This document shows, one piece after another, positions 1-10,186 of a DNA stretch of 64,000 nt; position 1 is the first letter of the stretch; the number at the start of each line of letters is the position of its first letter. Source of the stretch: a virus; IMG/VR virus record IMGVR_UViG_3300032323_003820, positions 1 to 64,000 of that record; one strand, written 5' to 3'. A program made the translations under genes and the position numbers. The notes under the pieces are model-generated. The model was given only the letters and a program-made list of their open reading frames with translations, had not been told where the DNA came from and searched no databases.

Positions 1-210
1 ACTTCCTGAAGAACCACTTGTACCTGAACTTCCTGAAGAACCATCGGTTCCTGATGAACCAGAGCTTCCTGATGTTCCTGATGAACCAGAACTACCACTT
101 GTACCTGAACTTCCTGAAGAACCTGATGTACCAGAACTACCGCTTGTGCCTGAACTTCCATCTATTCCACTTGTTCCTGAAGAACCAGATGTACCAGAGC
201 TCCCATCACC
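1..210 (-). repeat. Coding Gly-Ser/Thr-Ser triplet repeat, tract 2 (continues beyond the window)
   Basis: Imperfect 9-nt units such as acctgaact/tcctgaaga encoding GSS/GTS on the minus strand. Confidence 0.9.
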
Positions 211-1965
211 ACCAGCAGCACCTTCCAAATTGATAGTCCAAGCCGAATAGGCTCCAATACCAATTATGTTTGCAACATCAACGACCATATTACCATTAGA
301 AGAGTTGTAACTAACAACCATTCCAATCATATGATTAGATAAATCATACGCAATTATTACATCTTGAGCAATACTGTACCCCAAATTAGTTCCAACCACA
401 AATGTACCTGTACTTCCTGTTTGGATAGTCAAAAGTGTTGATGAAGTTGTTCTATACAAATCACCTGAAAAACCAGATGTCCCACTAGAACCGTTTGTAC
501 CAGAACTACCACTAGTTCCTGAAGAGCCGTCCGAACCTGATGTTCCCGAACTACCCGAACTACCGCTTGTTCCTGAAGAACCACTAGAACCTGATGTACC
601 AGAACTACCGCTTGTTCCTGAAGAGCCACTAGAACCTGAACTTCCACTTGTACCAGAACTACCAGATGAACCAGATGTTCCGCTTGACCCTGAACTTCCA
701 CTTGTGCCGGAACTACCCGATGAGCCACTTGTTCCTGATGAACCAGAGCTTCCAGATGAACCATCAGAACCTGATGTTCCTGAACTACCTGAAGAACCGC
801 TTGTTCCTGAACTTCCACTCGTTCCTGCTCCATCAATTAAACCAATTGTTCCACCTGTTATTCCAATCGTAATATTATCCGGCATTACTCCTCCAATTTG
901 TGATGAAGTTGCGGTTCCAAGATATGCTGTTTCTTGAATACTATTGTCACCAAATTTTATCGTCGACCCACTTTGTGGTATAGTTATTCCTGATGGATTT
1001 ATTATGAAGGATAATGAACCTTGGTATTCATTTGGTTTTGTTGCATAAAATCTGAATTCAGTTGGGGTGCTTGTGGCACTGAAGGTACCTAAAGAGTACA
1101 TATCCATAAACGTGTGAGGTAAGTCCCCTATATTACCAAAACCTGATTCAGTTGTCCAACCTACACCTGCAAATCTTGCAATTGTTCCTACTTTGGTATT
1201 TGTTGGAAATTGTGCGGTACCTCCGGCATTTCGACCACCAAATTGACTAAATCGTGTGTCCCCATAACTATCGTTAACAATTCTACTTACTTGGTCATCG
1301 TGACCAGTTACGTGAATCATTCCACCAGGATTCACAGGTGGTGCCGAATACCCCCCATCATTTCCTATAATTTCTAAAACCGCGGCTCTATTTGGATTTT
1401 GATACGAAGATGTGATATAAACTTGTCCATTAGGGTCAACTCTAAAAACACCCAAATCTACTGTCTGTCCACTTATTCCTTCGACAATCAAACCACCTGA
1501 TTGAACCCTCAAAAAATTAAATAAATTACTCAAAGTTACAGTATTACCTGAAGGGGCGTCAGGTAATATTTTCAAACTGGCATTCCCTAAAATAACATCA
1601 CTCCAAGGATGTTCAGCTGAACCCAAAGAATTACCGCTAAAAAAAGGTAAGAAATTTCCATTAAGAAACATATCTCCATTTCCTGGAACTATGAGTAAAT
1701 TTTCATTTGTTATACCTGAAATTGTGTTACCCGATAAAACTATTGCATTTGTATAAATAGATTTTAAGGAATTCGATAAATCCCCTATTTGGTAAGTATT
1801 GTCCGTATCAGGAATCAAATCCTGATACATCACGCCAAACGGTTCACTTTTCCATAAATCCTGAACGTTTATATTATAGGTAACACCACTAGCAACAACA
1901 GCAATTATTGAATTATTGGTTGCTGCGGTTAAGTTAGGTAATCCTGATATTGGTAAATTTGGCAT
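1..1965 (-). CDS. Virion fibre-like protein with collagen-like Gly-X-Y (GSS/GTS) repeats; runs off the left edge (partial, >=655 aa)
   Basis: Not in the ORF track because it has no stop in the window. Manual translation from ATG at 1965 gives MPNLPISGLPNLTAATNNS... with an open frame to base 1, two GSSGTS tracts, and a TATTTATA motif 12 nt upstream. Confidence 0.85.
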   Translation of the reverse strand, partial: MPNLPISGLPNLTAATNNSIIAVVASGVTYNINVQDLWKSEPFGVMYQDLIPDTDNTYQIGDLSNSLKSIYTNAIVLSGNTISGITNENLLIVPGNGDMFLNGNFLPFFSGNSLGSAEHPWSDVILGNASLKILPDAPSGNTVTLSNLFNFLRVQSGGLIVEGISGQTVDLGVFRVDPNGQVYITSSYQNPNRAAVLEIIGNDGGYSAPPVNPGGMIHVTGHDDQVSRIVNDSYGDTRFSQFGGRNAGGTAQFPTNTKVGTIARFAGVGWTTESGFGNIGDLPHTFMDMYSLGTFSATSTPTEFRFYATKPNEYQGSLSFIINPSGITIPQSGSTIKFGDNSIQETAYLGTATSSQIGGVMPDNITIGITGGTIGLIDGAGTSGSSGTSGSSGSSGTSGSDGSSGSSGSSGTSGSSGSSGTSGSSGSSGTSGSSGSSGTSGSSGSSGSSGTSGSSGTSGSSGSSGTSGSSGSSGTSGSDGSSGTSGSSGTNGSSGTSGFSGDLYRTTSSTLLTIQTGSTGTFVVGTNLGYSIAQDVIIAYDLSNHMIGMVVSYNSSNGNMVVDVANIIGIGAYSAWTINLEGAAGGDGSSGTSGSSGTSGIDGSSGTSGSSGTSGSSGSSGTSGSSGSSGTSGSSGSSGTDGSSGSSGTSGSSGS
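470..830 (-). repeat. Coding Gly-Ser/Thr-Ser triplet repeat, tract 1 (~40 triplets)
   Basis: Minus-strand translation GTSGSSGTSGSSGSSGTSGSDGSS... Confidence 0.9.
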
Positions 1966-1990
1966 TTTATTTTATTTTATAAATATGTTT

Positions 1991-4900
1991 TTATAGTCCG
2001 TATTTCGATTTATCGGCATTGAAGTTTTGTAGAACCTCCGAATCCGTCAAAGATTTATTGTACACTCTCACAACACCCATTCTTCCATTAAACCATTGCG
2101 CAAACTGCCCTCCGTTAAATGAACCCAAATACAAAGGAGATGTTGTATTTTTAATACTTGTAAATGAATGAGAGTTACTTCCAATTAAACTACCGTTTAT
2201 GTAAAGAGCCAATGAATTACTTGAAACGTTTGTCCAAACACCAACAACTTGATACCATGTATTGATACTTAAAGTAGATGTTGGGGTTGTGACTGATGTC
2301 GAGCCATTACCTATTTCCATAAATGTATTACCATTTGATATAGTCCTTAATCCATATCCCCAGTCCGCAGAGTTACCACCATCAGTTTTCGCAATTAAAA
2401 TTCTACTTGCCCCCGCAATTACCGAATGGTTCACCCAAAATTCAATAGACCAATCACCACTACCAGGTTCTAATAAGGCATTGTCGGCAACACTAACTTG
2501 TGATGTCGAACCATTATATGAAAAATATGGTGATGTAAATGTTATGTTGGACATTGTACCGTTCAAACCATTACCTGATAAATCATTTATTATAGTACCA
2601 CTACCAGAATAACTTGAAGAGTTACTTGGGTCATAATATAAGACAAGATTACTTGTTACAGGTGCATTAGATGTCGAGGTTGGTGTTGGAGTAGTGGTTG
2701 TTGTGTTTGTTGGGGTATTAGTTGGTGTAGGTGTATTTGTTGGAGTCTCAGTCATAGTTGGTGTTGTAGTTTCAGTGATGGTTGGAGTATTCGTTGGGGT
2801 ATTAGTTGATGTAGGAGTATTTGTTTGAGTTTCAGTAGGAGTTATAGTATTAGTAGGTGTATTAGTTGGTGTATTTGTAGGTGTTTCGGTATAAGTTGGT
2901 GTTGGAGTTTCAGTTGGAGTAGGAGACGATGATGCAACTTGTATCAATATACCAAAACCATCTTCTTGTAAAATCGTAAAATTATCTTCCTGTAATAAAA
3001 AGTTAGTATCTTGTGCTGTTGGAGTTAGTGTAGGTGTTTCCGTTGGTGTTTCTGTAATTGTTGGAGTTAGAGTTTCTGTCGGTGTAATTGTTGGCGTTGG
3101 AGTTGGAGTCTCAGTTGGAGTAATCGTTTGAGTCGGTGTTGGTGATTGGGAAACAGCTAAACAAGGTATAATCGAAGAAATATTTCCTGTATTTTCATTC
3201 AATACATAAATGTTTGTACCATCAGAATAATATCCATTTGGTGCATCAAATGCATCATCACAAGAATAATCTGTAAAAAGCTGCTCTCCAACGTTGAGTG
3301 TTCCATTAACTAATTGATAATAATTTGTTGTAGGAGACGAACAAGATAGATATGGGTCTGACAAATTGTATCCCAACGGAACGATTATGTGATTTTCTGA
3401 AGATGGACTAAAACAAGATTCGAGGTAATTTATACGTCCATCACCTGACAATATTATTGCCGAATTATAATCTCCACAGAAAACATCACTCCAACCATCC
3501 ACACCTGTCATTTGAATTGTATTACCTGAGCAATCAGTAAATTGGAATCTAGGATTCTGAGGACCAACATAGGTAAATCTTATTTTTGAGCAAGATTCAA
3601 AAACTGTAGTATGAGATGGTGTAACAGTTGGTGTTATTGTTGGTGTAAGAGTAACTGTAGGTGTTATGGTTGAAGTTGGGGTGAGTGTAGTCGTTGGTGT
3701 TATAGAAGTTGTTGGTGTATTAGTTGGAGTACGTGAAATAGTTGGAGTAAGTGAAATCGTTGGAGTAGGTGTAGGTGTTGCCGCCGCTGGTGATGGAGGT
3801 TCTTCACATTTTAAACAGAATGGGTCTAATAAACCGTATCTTGTTTTTAAAAGCCTAAAATTATGTCTTACCTGACCAGCGTTCAACGGTTCTGAATACA
3901 TTCTAAACGCACTAATATCACCAATAAAACTACCACCAAAAAACTTTTCTAAACGAATGTGAGTTGTCAATCCCGAGTATTCGGTTTCATCTAAAATTTC
4001 TGTTGTCAAACATTCTGGGTCTTGTTGATAGGTCATCCCTGATAAAGTTACAGGACAACCTGAAAGAGTTAAATTATCGTGTAATCCCTGTGTACCTCCA
4101 CCCAAAGAAATATTATACGCAACACCCACTTGTGTTTCACGCGCAGTGTTTAAAGGTCTTGGTATAATTTCTTCAAAGTTTTCTACAACCAAAAATAATT
4201 TACCATTGACGTAAAATCTAAAAGAACCCAATCTATCATTTTTTTCATCAACCCATCTTTCAGTAATATTAACGACTTCGACTGTCGCTGGGTCATAAGG
4301 TATTTCTTGTGTTATTGGTGGTTCAATAAGACTAACACTATTATGCGCTGATGAAGCGGTGAATACTGTTTTGACTATTTCACCCAATCCACCTTTATAA
4401 AGTAAGTCACAATCATCCCAATAGGTATACCTTTGGAAGACTGCGTCAATTTGAACCCATCTTTCTTCTTGACTATAAGTTGTTCCTGAACAATCATCAA
4501 AAATACCTCTTGTTGAACACCATTCAGTCACACTTGTTCCTGTAGTATATGTTATTCCTGTAGAACAAACTCCGGTAGTCTCACAACCACCTGTTATTCT
4601 ATATGTTTTAACACACAGCCTTGGACTTCCTGTATCACCACTAAGTCTCAAAGATAACGCATTCGAAACACCATCATATAACGGGTTCAACTCAGGAATG
4701 GATGCATATGTGGTACAACTACAAGGACAATTTCCACACGCACAATTCTGAGAAGTAACTCCAGATTGTTGATAAACATATCCACATGTTGATGCAGTAT
4801 ACCCTGTTTGAGAACAACCGCAAGTTAGCAGACAATTCAATCCTTCTGTTACTCTTGTATAACCCGAATCAGTTATCGGTGAACCATTTGCATAGTGATA

Positions 4901-5653
4901 AAATTTGTTTTCTGCTCTAGTCCCGTAATAGAAGAAAATACCCTTATTGTCAGGATATCTTTCATTCAAACCTACGCTCGTATCACCTGTCCATCTGTAT
5001 CTTAACATGAACTCTGAGGACCAACCCAAATTGAATCTCTCAGGTAAAACTTCATAGTCATAACCAAATGATTTGTAGAAACCTTGGTAAAATCCTCCGT
5101 CGAATTTTATATAATTTCCGACAGCATTTGCATCATTATCAATGGATAAATTATATGTGTATGAATCGTCGTTATATATTCTATCGGAAGTAGTTGTGAA
5201 CCCTGTAATTGGGTGCATCTTAAATCTTCTATCGTATTTGTATCTTGAGAATTTGTCCGCAGTTGAAGTGTACAATCCTGTATTTAATTCTATCGTTTCG
5301 CCTGAAAATCTTTTTACCAAACCATTATCCATTCCTGTCAGACCAACATCACACAATTCAGTTTTAGCAGAACAAACCAACAAATCAATTCCTAAAGGAT
5401 TCCAATAATTTTCTGAAACAATTACGTCACTATCAAAGTTACCACAATTGATACAATTGATAGTATCTGAACTATTGATATCAAAATTTAACGGCATCCT
5501 ATTGCCGTCATCTTCACCTATCAAAAATGGTGAAAAAATAACTTCTTCATCGTAATCACGTTCATCCGATGCCAATGAGATATCGGTAATTTCATTTAGA
5601 GGTTTAAGATATAACCTCTTGAACACATATTGATTTATATTCTGATATGACAT
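1991..5653 (-). CDS. Large virion structural/adhesin protein: Cys-rich lectin-like N-region, Pro-Thr mucin-like linkers, C-terminal LamG/ConA-like domain
   Basis: 1220 aa; C-terminal WSIEFWV..WYQVVGVW..LYING..LYLGS..F.G.MG.VRVYNKSLT.SEV.QNF is LamG-like; two TPTPT tracts. Confidence 0.8.
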   Translation of the reverse strand: MSYQNINQYVFKRLYLKPLNEITDISLASDERDYDEEVIFSPFLIGEDDGNRMPLNFDINSSDTINCINCGNFDSDVIVSENYWNPLGIDLLVCSAKTELCDVGLTGMDNGLVKRFSGETIELNTGLYTSTADKFSRYKYDRRFKMHPITGFTTTSDRIYNDDSYTYNLSIDNDANAVGNYIKFDGGFYQGFYKSFGYDYEVLPERFNLGWSSEFMLRYRWTGDTSVGLNERYPDNKGIFFYYGTRAENKFYHYANGSPITDSGYTRVTEGLNCLLTCGCSQTGYTASTCGYVYQQSGVTSQNCACGNCPCSCTTYASIPELNPLYDGVSNALSLRLSGDTGSPRLCVKTYRITGGCETTGVCSTGITYTTGTSVTEWCSTRGIFDDCSGTTYSQEERWVQIDAVFQRYTYWDDCDLLYKGGLGEIVKTVFTASSAHNSVSLIEPPITQEIPYDPATVEVVNITERWVDEKNDRLGSFRFYVNGKLFLVVENFEEIIPRPLNTARETQVGVAYNISLGGGTQGLHDNLTLSGCPVTLSGMTYQQDPECLTTEILDETEYSGLTTHIRLEKFFGGSFIGDISAFRMYSEPLNAGQVRHNFRLLKTRYGLLDPFCLKCEEPPSPAAATPTPTPTISLTPTISRTPTNTPTTSITPTTTLTPTSTITPTVTLTPTITPTVTPSHTTVFESCSKIRFTYVGPQNPRFQFTDCSGNTIQMTGVDGWSDVFCGDYNSAIILSGDGRINYLESCFSPSSENHIIVPLGYNLSDPYLSCSSPTTNYYQLVNGTLNVGEQLFTDYSCDDAFDAPNGYYSDGTNIYVLNENTGNISSIIPCLAVSQSPTPTQTITPTETPTPTPTITPTETLTPTITETPTETPTLTPTAQDTNFLLQEDNFTILQEDGFGILIQVASSSPTPTETPTPTYTETPTNTPTNTPTNTITPTETQTNTPTSTNTPTNTPTITETTTPTMTETPTNTPTPTNTPTNTTTTTPTPTSTSNAPVTSNLVLYYDPSNSSSYSGSGTIINDLSGNGLNGTMSNITFTSPYFSYNGSTSQVSVADNALLEPGSGDWSIEFWVNHSVIAGASRILIAKTDGGNSADWGYGLRTISNGNTFMEIGNGSTSVTTPTSTLSINTWYQVVGVWTNVSSNSLALYINGSLIGSNSHSFTSIKNTTSPLYLGSFNGGQFAQWFNGRMGVVRVYNKSLTDSEVLQNFNADKSKYGL
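2675..3145 (-). repeat. Pro-Thr (TPT[N/E]TPT) low-complexity coding tract
   Basis: Direct from the translation; a second tract lies at ~3615-3780. Confidence 0.85.
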
Positions 5654-5662
5654 AATCTATAG

Positions 5663-5691
5663 AATAAATACACTTTGTGTGTGTATTTATA
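5663..5691. promoter_or_regulatory. Back-to-back putative phage late promoters (TATTTATT on - at 5663-5670; TATTTATA on + at 5684-5691)
   Basis: Each lies 9 nt before a divergent ATG (5653 and 5701); the same octamer precedes 16 genes in the window. Confidence 0.7.
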
Positions 5692-5700
5692 GTAAAAAAG

Positions 5701-6510
5701 ATGATTAGTATAGATAAAGAATATTTTTCAAACCCTTACTATTTTTTGCTGAGGGAGAAAGGAGAACACTATTCACTTTATTTCTCTTCAGAAAAAACAT
5801 TGACTGAAGCAAGGAAAAAGGATAAAGTGATTAAAATACCAAAAGATAAGTTGAAGAAGGTCGAAAAATATTTGGAAAAATTACTGAAACAGGATGAAAA
5901 AAAATCTACCGAAGAAATGAATGGTGAGATTGAGGAGTTAGTAAATGCTGATGGTAACTTGATGAATTCTAAAATTCCAATTTTAGACCCAAGACTACAT
6001 CCGAGAAAAACTATGGACCAATCAATTGCAATGGCAAGACAAACAAATGACCCTGTAATTAGAGGTTATAGAAATTATTATGGTTACGGTATGGGTGAAG
6101 CGGATATGTCTAAAGCATTTGGGTATGAGGAAACAAAAGATTTAGATGGTGAGGAGACTTATGAATATTATAAAGATGAATTAGAAATGGAACCAGAAGA
6201 AGCAAAAGAAAGAACAAAACAACAAGGAAAAGACCCTTCAGGTAAAAAAGACGAAAAATCACCATACTACGATGAGAAAGGATTTGTTACGAAGGCGACA
6301 ATATCTGAAATTCAAAAACAAAAAATGATTAAAGTTTTAGAAGACATGCTCACAAGAAAAAAAGATACAGGTAAAAGTGATTTGTCAACAAAAGAAAATG
6401 AAGAAGAACTTCCTCTTTTGGTTAGAAGAAATTTAAAATCACTTTTGAAAAATATTGATAAACACGGGATTTCAAAGGAGCAAATTATAAAACAAATAAA
6501 GGGTGAATAA
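5701..6510 (+). CDS. Hypothetical phage protein (probable late/head-associated)
   Basis: ORF track 5677..6510; ATG 5701 preferred because it follows the TATTTATA motif. Confidence 0.7.
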   Translation: MISIDKEYFSNPYYFLLREKGEHYSLYFSSEKTLTEARKKDKVIKIPKDKLKKVEKYLEKLLKQDEKKSTEEMNGEIEELVNADGNLMNSKIPILDPRLHPRKTMDQSIAMARQTNDPVIRGYRNYYGYGMGEADMSKAFGYEETKDLDGEETYEYYKDELEMEPEEAKERTKQQGKDPSGKKDEKSPYYDEKGFVTKATISEIQKQKMIKVLEDMLTRKKDTGKSDLSTKENEEELPLLVRRNLKSLLKNIDKHGISKEQIIKQIKGE

Positions 6511-6979
6511 GGATTTATATAATAGTGCTAGTGGTATTGTGGAGTTCCCAAAAGAAATGAGGGAGCACATGACAATTTGTTTCAAGAAAGCAAATTGTCA
6601 AGATGAAAATTTGGAAGGATTTAAAAGAAACAAAGAACTACAATCTCAGAAAACTATAGATTATAAACAATTGAAAAGAATTAAAAATTTCTTCGATAAT
6701 TTCCAAGGGAAACAAGAAGATTTACCTTTTATTCTCAATGGTGAATTCAAAATGAAAACATGGGTTGATAATCAACTTAGAAGAATGAGAGAGGGTATTC
6801 ATCAGACTAAACAAAATAAAATGGATACTGGTATGGAAAATCAATTTATGGACCCACACCAAAAAGATAAACTTGTTGATGTAAGAAAATCAAAAGAACA
6901 TAAAAATACTTTAGCAAAATACGATGTTGAAGTTACAGAATCCCTTAGAAGGATAAATCAACTAATATCAAAAATTTAA
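6503..6979 (+). CDS. Hypothetical phage protein
   Basis: 158 aa, overlaps the upstream stop; C-terminal VTESLRRINQLI motif. Confidence 0.7.
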   Translation: MNKDLYNSASGIVEFPKEMREHMTICFKKANCQDENLEGFKRNKELQSQKTIDYKQLKRIKNFFDNFQGKQEDLPFILNGEFKMKTWVDNQLRRMREGIHQTKQNKMDTGMENQFMDPHQKDKLVDVRKSKEHKNTLAKYDVEVTESLRRINQLISKI

Positions 6980-6983
6980 AAAT

Positions 6984-7283
6984 ATGGCAAACGAACTTAC
7001 TTTAGATTTATCACAAGATGTTCCTAATGCTCTCACTGCAATTGCAGACCAAGAAAGAGCAAAACTAATACCTAAAAACGATTATAATGCCGTTGGTAAT
7101 GAATACTCTTCAGTAAATAGAGACGCTGTTGCCGATGGTGATAACAAAGGTAGAGGTACAGGAGTTTATTTGGATGTATATAATCAAAGTGCCGGCGACA
7201 AGACTGACATCGCTGAAAGACAAAACGAAATCAAAATCAACAAATTCAACGCACAAAAACCTTATCCTAACTTTCAGTTATGA
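6984..7283 (+). CDS. Hypothetical phage protein
   Basis: 99 aa, tightly packed in the operon. Confidence 0.7.
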   Translation: MANELTLDLSQDVPNALTAIADQERAKLIPKNDYNAVGNEYSSVNRDAVADGDNKGRGTGVYLDVYNQSAGDKTDIAERQNEIKINKFNAQKPYPNFQL

Positions 7284-7660
7284 GATTAGAAACAACACTT
7301 AAAAGTTTAATTGTTGAAATCGCCTCAATCGAGAGTGTAGTTGATTGCATCAAAAACAAAAAGAAATGTATTATCTACTACGACGGTGATGAACCTGGTG
7401 GTCGTGGTCTGAGGGAAATAGAACCTGTTTGTTTAGGAACAAGTAAAGCAGGTAACAAAGTATTGAGAGCTTGGGACGAAGAAGGTGCATCACATACAGG
7501 TTATAAAGGAGAACAACCTTTGCCGGGATGGAGATTATTTAGATTGGACAAAGTACTTTCGTTAAAACCTACTGGTGAAAATTTTTCTGAAATGAAACCA
7601 AATTTTAACCCAAATGGTGACAAAAGTATGACAAATGTTATTATTATAGCAAAATTTTAA
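7280..7660 (+). CDS. Stand-alone WYL-domain protein
   Basis: IIYY...R.IEP..LG......LRAW...WRLFRLDKV pattern typical of the WYL (Sm-like) domain. Confidence 0.75.
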   Translation: MRLETTLKSLIVEIASIESVVDCIKNKKKCIIYYDGDEPGGRGLREIEPVCLGTSKAGNKVLRAWDEEGASHTGYKGEQPLPGWRLFRLDKVLSLKPTGENFSEMKPNFNPNGDKSMTNVIIIAKF

Positions 7661-7662
7661 TT

Positions 7663-8223
7663 ATGGAACAATTAATGCAAAAACTTATGATGTCCAAAGC
7701 AATAATGGACAAATCAGACCAAATAAAAAGAAGTGGGACACTTCCGATGTCTACGAGTTTATCAGTTCAAAACTTTGACGCACCTGAATCAAAATACAAC
7801 ATACCTCAAGAGTTTCTTGGTGAAAATACCATTTCAAAACCATCCAAAAACCCTTCAGTACCTACAGTTGATGCAATTAAAAATTCCAAACTGCCAGACG
7901 CAATAAAAAAGTTGATGATTGAGCATCCGATAGTTCCACCACAAATGCAAACAGGACCAACTCTATCAAATGAGTTAGTAGAAAAGGCTTCAAGATTAAT
8001 GAAAGATTCTAAACAAAATAATACGTTACCTTCATCCAATCAGCAACAACAAGTTCCTAACATACCAAATATTGAAAAAATGGTTGAGAATGCTGTAAGA
8101 AAAGTTTTGAAAGAAGAAGGGCTTTTAACAGAATCAGAGGAAAAAACTGGTGAGGTTTTCAGTTTTAAAGTGGGTAAACACATTTTCGAAGGGAAAGTCA
8201 CCAAAATCAAAAAACTACAGTAA
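7663..8223 (+). CDS. Hypothetical phage protein
   Basis: 186 aa; contains VRKVLKEEGLLTE motif. Confidence 0.7.
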   Translation: MEQLMQKLMMSKAIMDKSDQIKRSGTLPMSTSLSVQNFDAPESKYNIPQEFLGENTISKPSKNPSVPTVDAIKNSKLPDAIKKLMIEHPIVPPQMQTGPTLSNELVEKASRLMKDSKQNNTLPSSNQQQQVPNIPNIEKMVENAVRKVLKEEGLLTESEEKTGEVFSFKVGKHIFEGKVTKIKKLQ

Positions 8224-8276
8224 GACTTTTTTTATTGAGAAAACAAAACTATATTTTGACATAGAAATAAAAAAAT

Positions 8277-9488
8277 ATGTCAAAAATTAAAGTTTTATGT
8301 TTACCGTCCGACCGAACAGGTGTCGGAAAATTTAGGTCAGTTGACCCCCATATTGCATTACAAAATCAATATCCTGATGACTTCCATGTAGATATCGTAT
8401 ATGACCCACCGATGGCAGATGATAACTTTTGGAAAGGTTATGATATTATTTCCTACCACAGAAGTATCGGTACTGACTTCGATTTGGCGAACATAATGAT
8501 TAAAAAACTAAACAGTATGGGTATACCTACTGTTTGTGATATCGATGATTATTGGATGCCGGGTAAAGAACACCCAATTCACGACATAATCAGGGTAAAT
8601 AAAATTAACGAAAAGATTGTTAACAACATTCGTGATTCTAAATACGTAACCACAACAACTACTTTATTTGCCGACGAAGTAAAGAAAACCAACAAAAATG
8701 TCACAATATTCCCTAATGGAATTAATCCGAACGAAGCTCAATTTAAAGAACCTACACCTGAATCTGATAGAATTAGAATTGGATGGTTAGGAGGTTCTTC
8801 ACATCTCCATGACTTACAACTACTGGAACAATCGTTCAGTAAATTGATTCCGATGAAAGATAAAGTTCAGTATGTTCTTTGTGGTTTTGATACCAGAGGA
8901 ACTGTTACTGAAATCAATAAGGAAACAGGAGAACAAAAAAGAAGAGACATCAAACCTGAAGAAACTGTGTGGGCAACGTATGAAAAAATATTCACTCAGA
9001 ATTTTCAAATTATATCAGAAGACTACAAAAAACATCTTTTAAATTATAATCAAGATGAATATTCTAACATGACAAATGAGTCATATAGAAGAGTGTGGAC
9101 ACAACCTGTAACATCATACGCTAAAAACTATTCTAAATTTGACGTTTCTTTAGCTCCGTTAAAAAATCATATGTTTAACAGAATGAAATCACAACTAAAA
9201 GTGATTGAATCAGGATTCTATAAGAAAGCATTAATTGCATCAAATTTAGGTCCTTACACAATAGATTTGAAACATTGTTTAAAAAATGGTAACTTTGTCG
9301 ACGGTAATGCTTTATTAGTAGATGAAAATCGTAACCATTCTGATTGGGCTAAGTATATTGAAAAACTTGTAAAAAACCCTAACCTAATCAAAGATATGGG
9401 TGAAAGACTGTATGAAACAGTGAAAGATGTTTATGACCTTAAAGTTATTACCAAAAACAGAGCGGAATTCTATAAATCGATTATATGA
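8277..9488 (+). CDS. Glycosyltransferase, GT-B fold (GT4-like)
   Basis: DIDDYW, RIGWLGG, APL...FN..KS.LK.IE.G...ALIAS motifs. Confidence 0.8.
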   Translation: MSKIKVLCLPSDRTGVGKFRSVDPHIALQNQYPDDFHVDIVYDPPMADDNFWKGYDIISYHRSIGTDFDLANIMIKKLNSMGIPTVCDIDDYWMPGKEHPIHDIIRVNKINEKIVNNIRDSKYVTTTTTLFADEVKKTNKNVTIFPNGINPNEAQFKEPTPESDRIRIGWLGGSSHLHDLQLLEQSFSKLIPMKDKVQYVLCGFDTRGTVTEINKETGEQKRRDIKPEETVWATYEKIFTQNFQIISEDYKKHLLNYNQDEYSNMTNESYRRVWTQPVTSYAKNYSKFDVSLAPLKNHMFNRMKSQLKVIESGFYKKALIASNLGPYTIDLKHCLKNGNFVDGNALLVDENRNHSDWAKYIEKLVKNPNLIKDMGERLYETVKDVYDLKVITKNRAEFYKSII

Positions 9489-10186
9489 TAAATTTACCTG
9501 TAGAGAAACTTTTGTTCATTGATATTGAAACAGTTGGATGTGCCTCGACCTTATCTGATTTGAAAAAAAATGATGATAAGTTGTATTCACTATTTGAACA
9601 TTATGAGTCTTGGTTTAAAAAAAGGTTTCCTGAGGATTCTAATCTAACTTTGGACGAACTCTTCATTTCGAGGAGTGCATTAGTCCCTGAATTCAATAGA
9701 ATTGTTTGTGTATGTTTGGGACTTGTAGATATGAAAGGAAACTTTAAGACAACTGTCATCTCGAATACCGATGAAAAAAAATTACTTGAGGATGTTAAAA
9801 AAACATTGGTAAAGTGTGGCGAAATGGGATATTGGTTATGTGGTCATAATGTTAAGAATTTTGATATTCCTGTGTTAGGGAAAAGGATGGTTATCAATGG
9901 ATTGATGCCACCTAAAATTTTACCTTCTTTCGATACAAAGCCGTGGGAAGTTAAAGCCATAGATACAAGAGATGTTTGGCAGTTTGGACAATACGCCTCT
10001 ATATCCACATTAGACTTAATGTGTGGTGTGATGGGTGTTAAGTCATCTAAATCAGAAGATATGGATGGTTCTAAAGTTCACGACAACTTTTGGAATAAAA
10101 AAGATTATAATAAAATAAACGAATATTGCGAGAAAGACGTTCAAGTTTTATATAACGTAGTATCAAAATTTATAAATTTAAAGTAA
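9485..10186 (+). CDS. 3'-5' exonuclease (PolB-exonuclease-related, DEDDy)
   Basis: FIDIET, GHNVKNFDIP and YCEKDV = Exo I-III motifs. Confidence 0.85.
   Translation: MINLPVEKLLFIDIETVGCASTLSDLKKNDDKLYSLFEHYESWFKKRFPEDSNLTLDELFISRSALVPEFNRIVCVCLGLVDMKGNFKTTVISNTDEKKLLEDVKKTLVKCGEMGYWLCGHNVKNFDIPVLGKRMVINGLMPPKILPSFDTKPWEVKAIDTRDVWQFGQYASISTLDLMCGVMGVKSSKSEDMDGSKVHDNFWNKKDYNKINEYCEKDVQVLYNVVSKFINLK

Noticed and set aside
18-937. ORF-track ORFs 18..233, 429..836, 648..872 and 704..937
   Set aside because: Shadow frames of the GSS/GTS repeat; the real gene is the open minus-strand frame from 1965.
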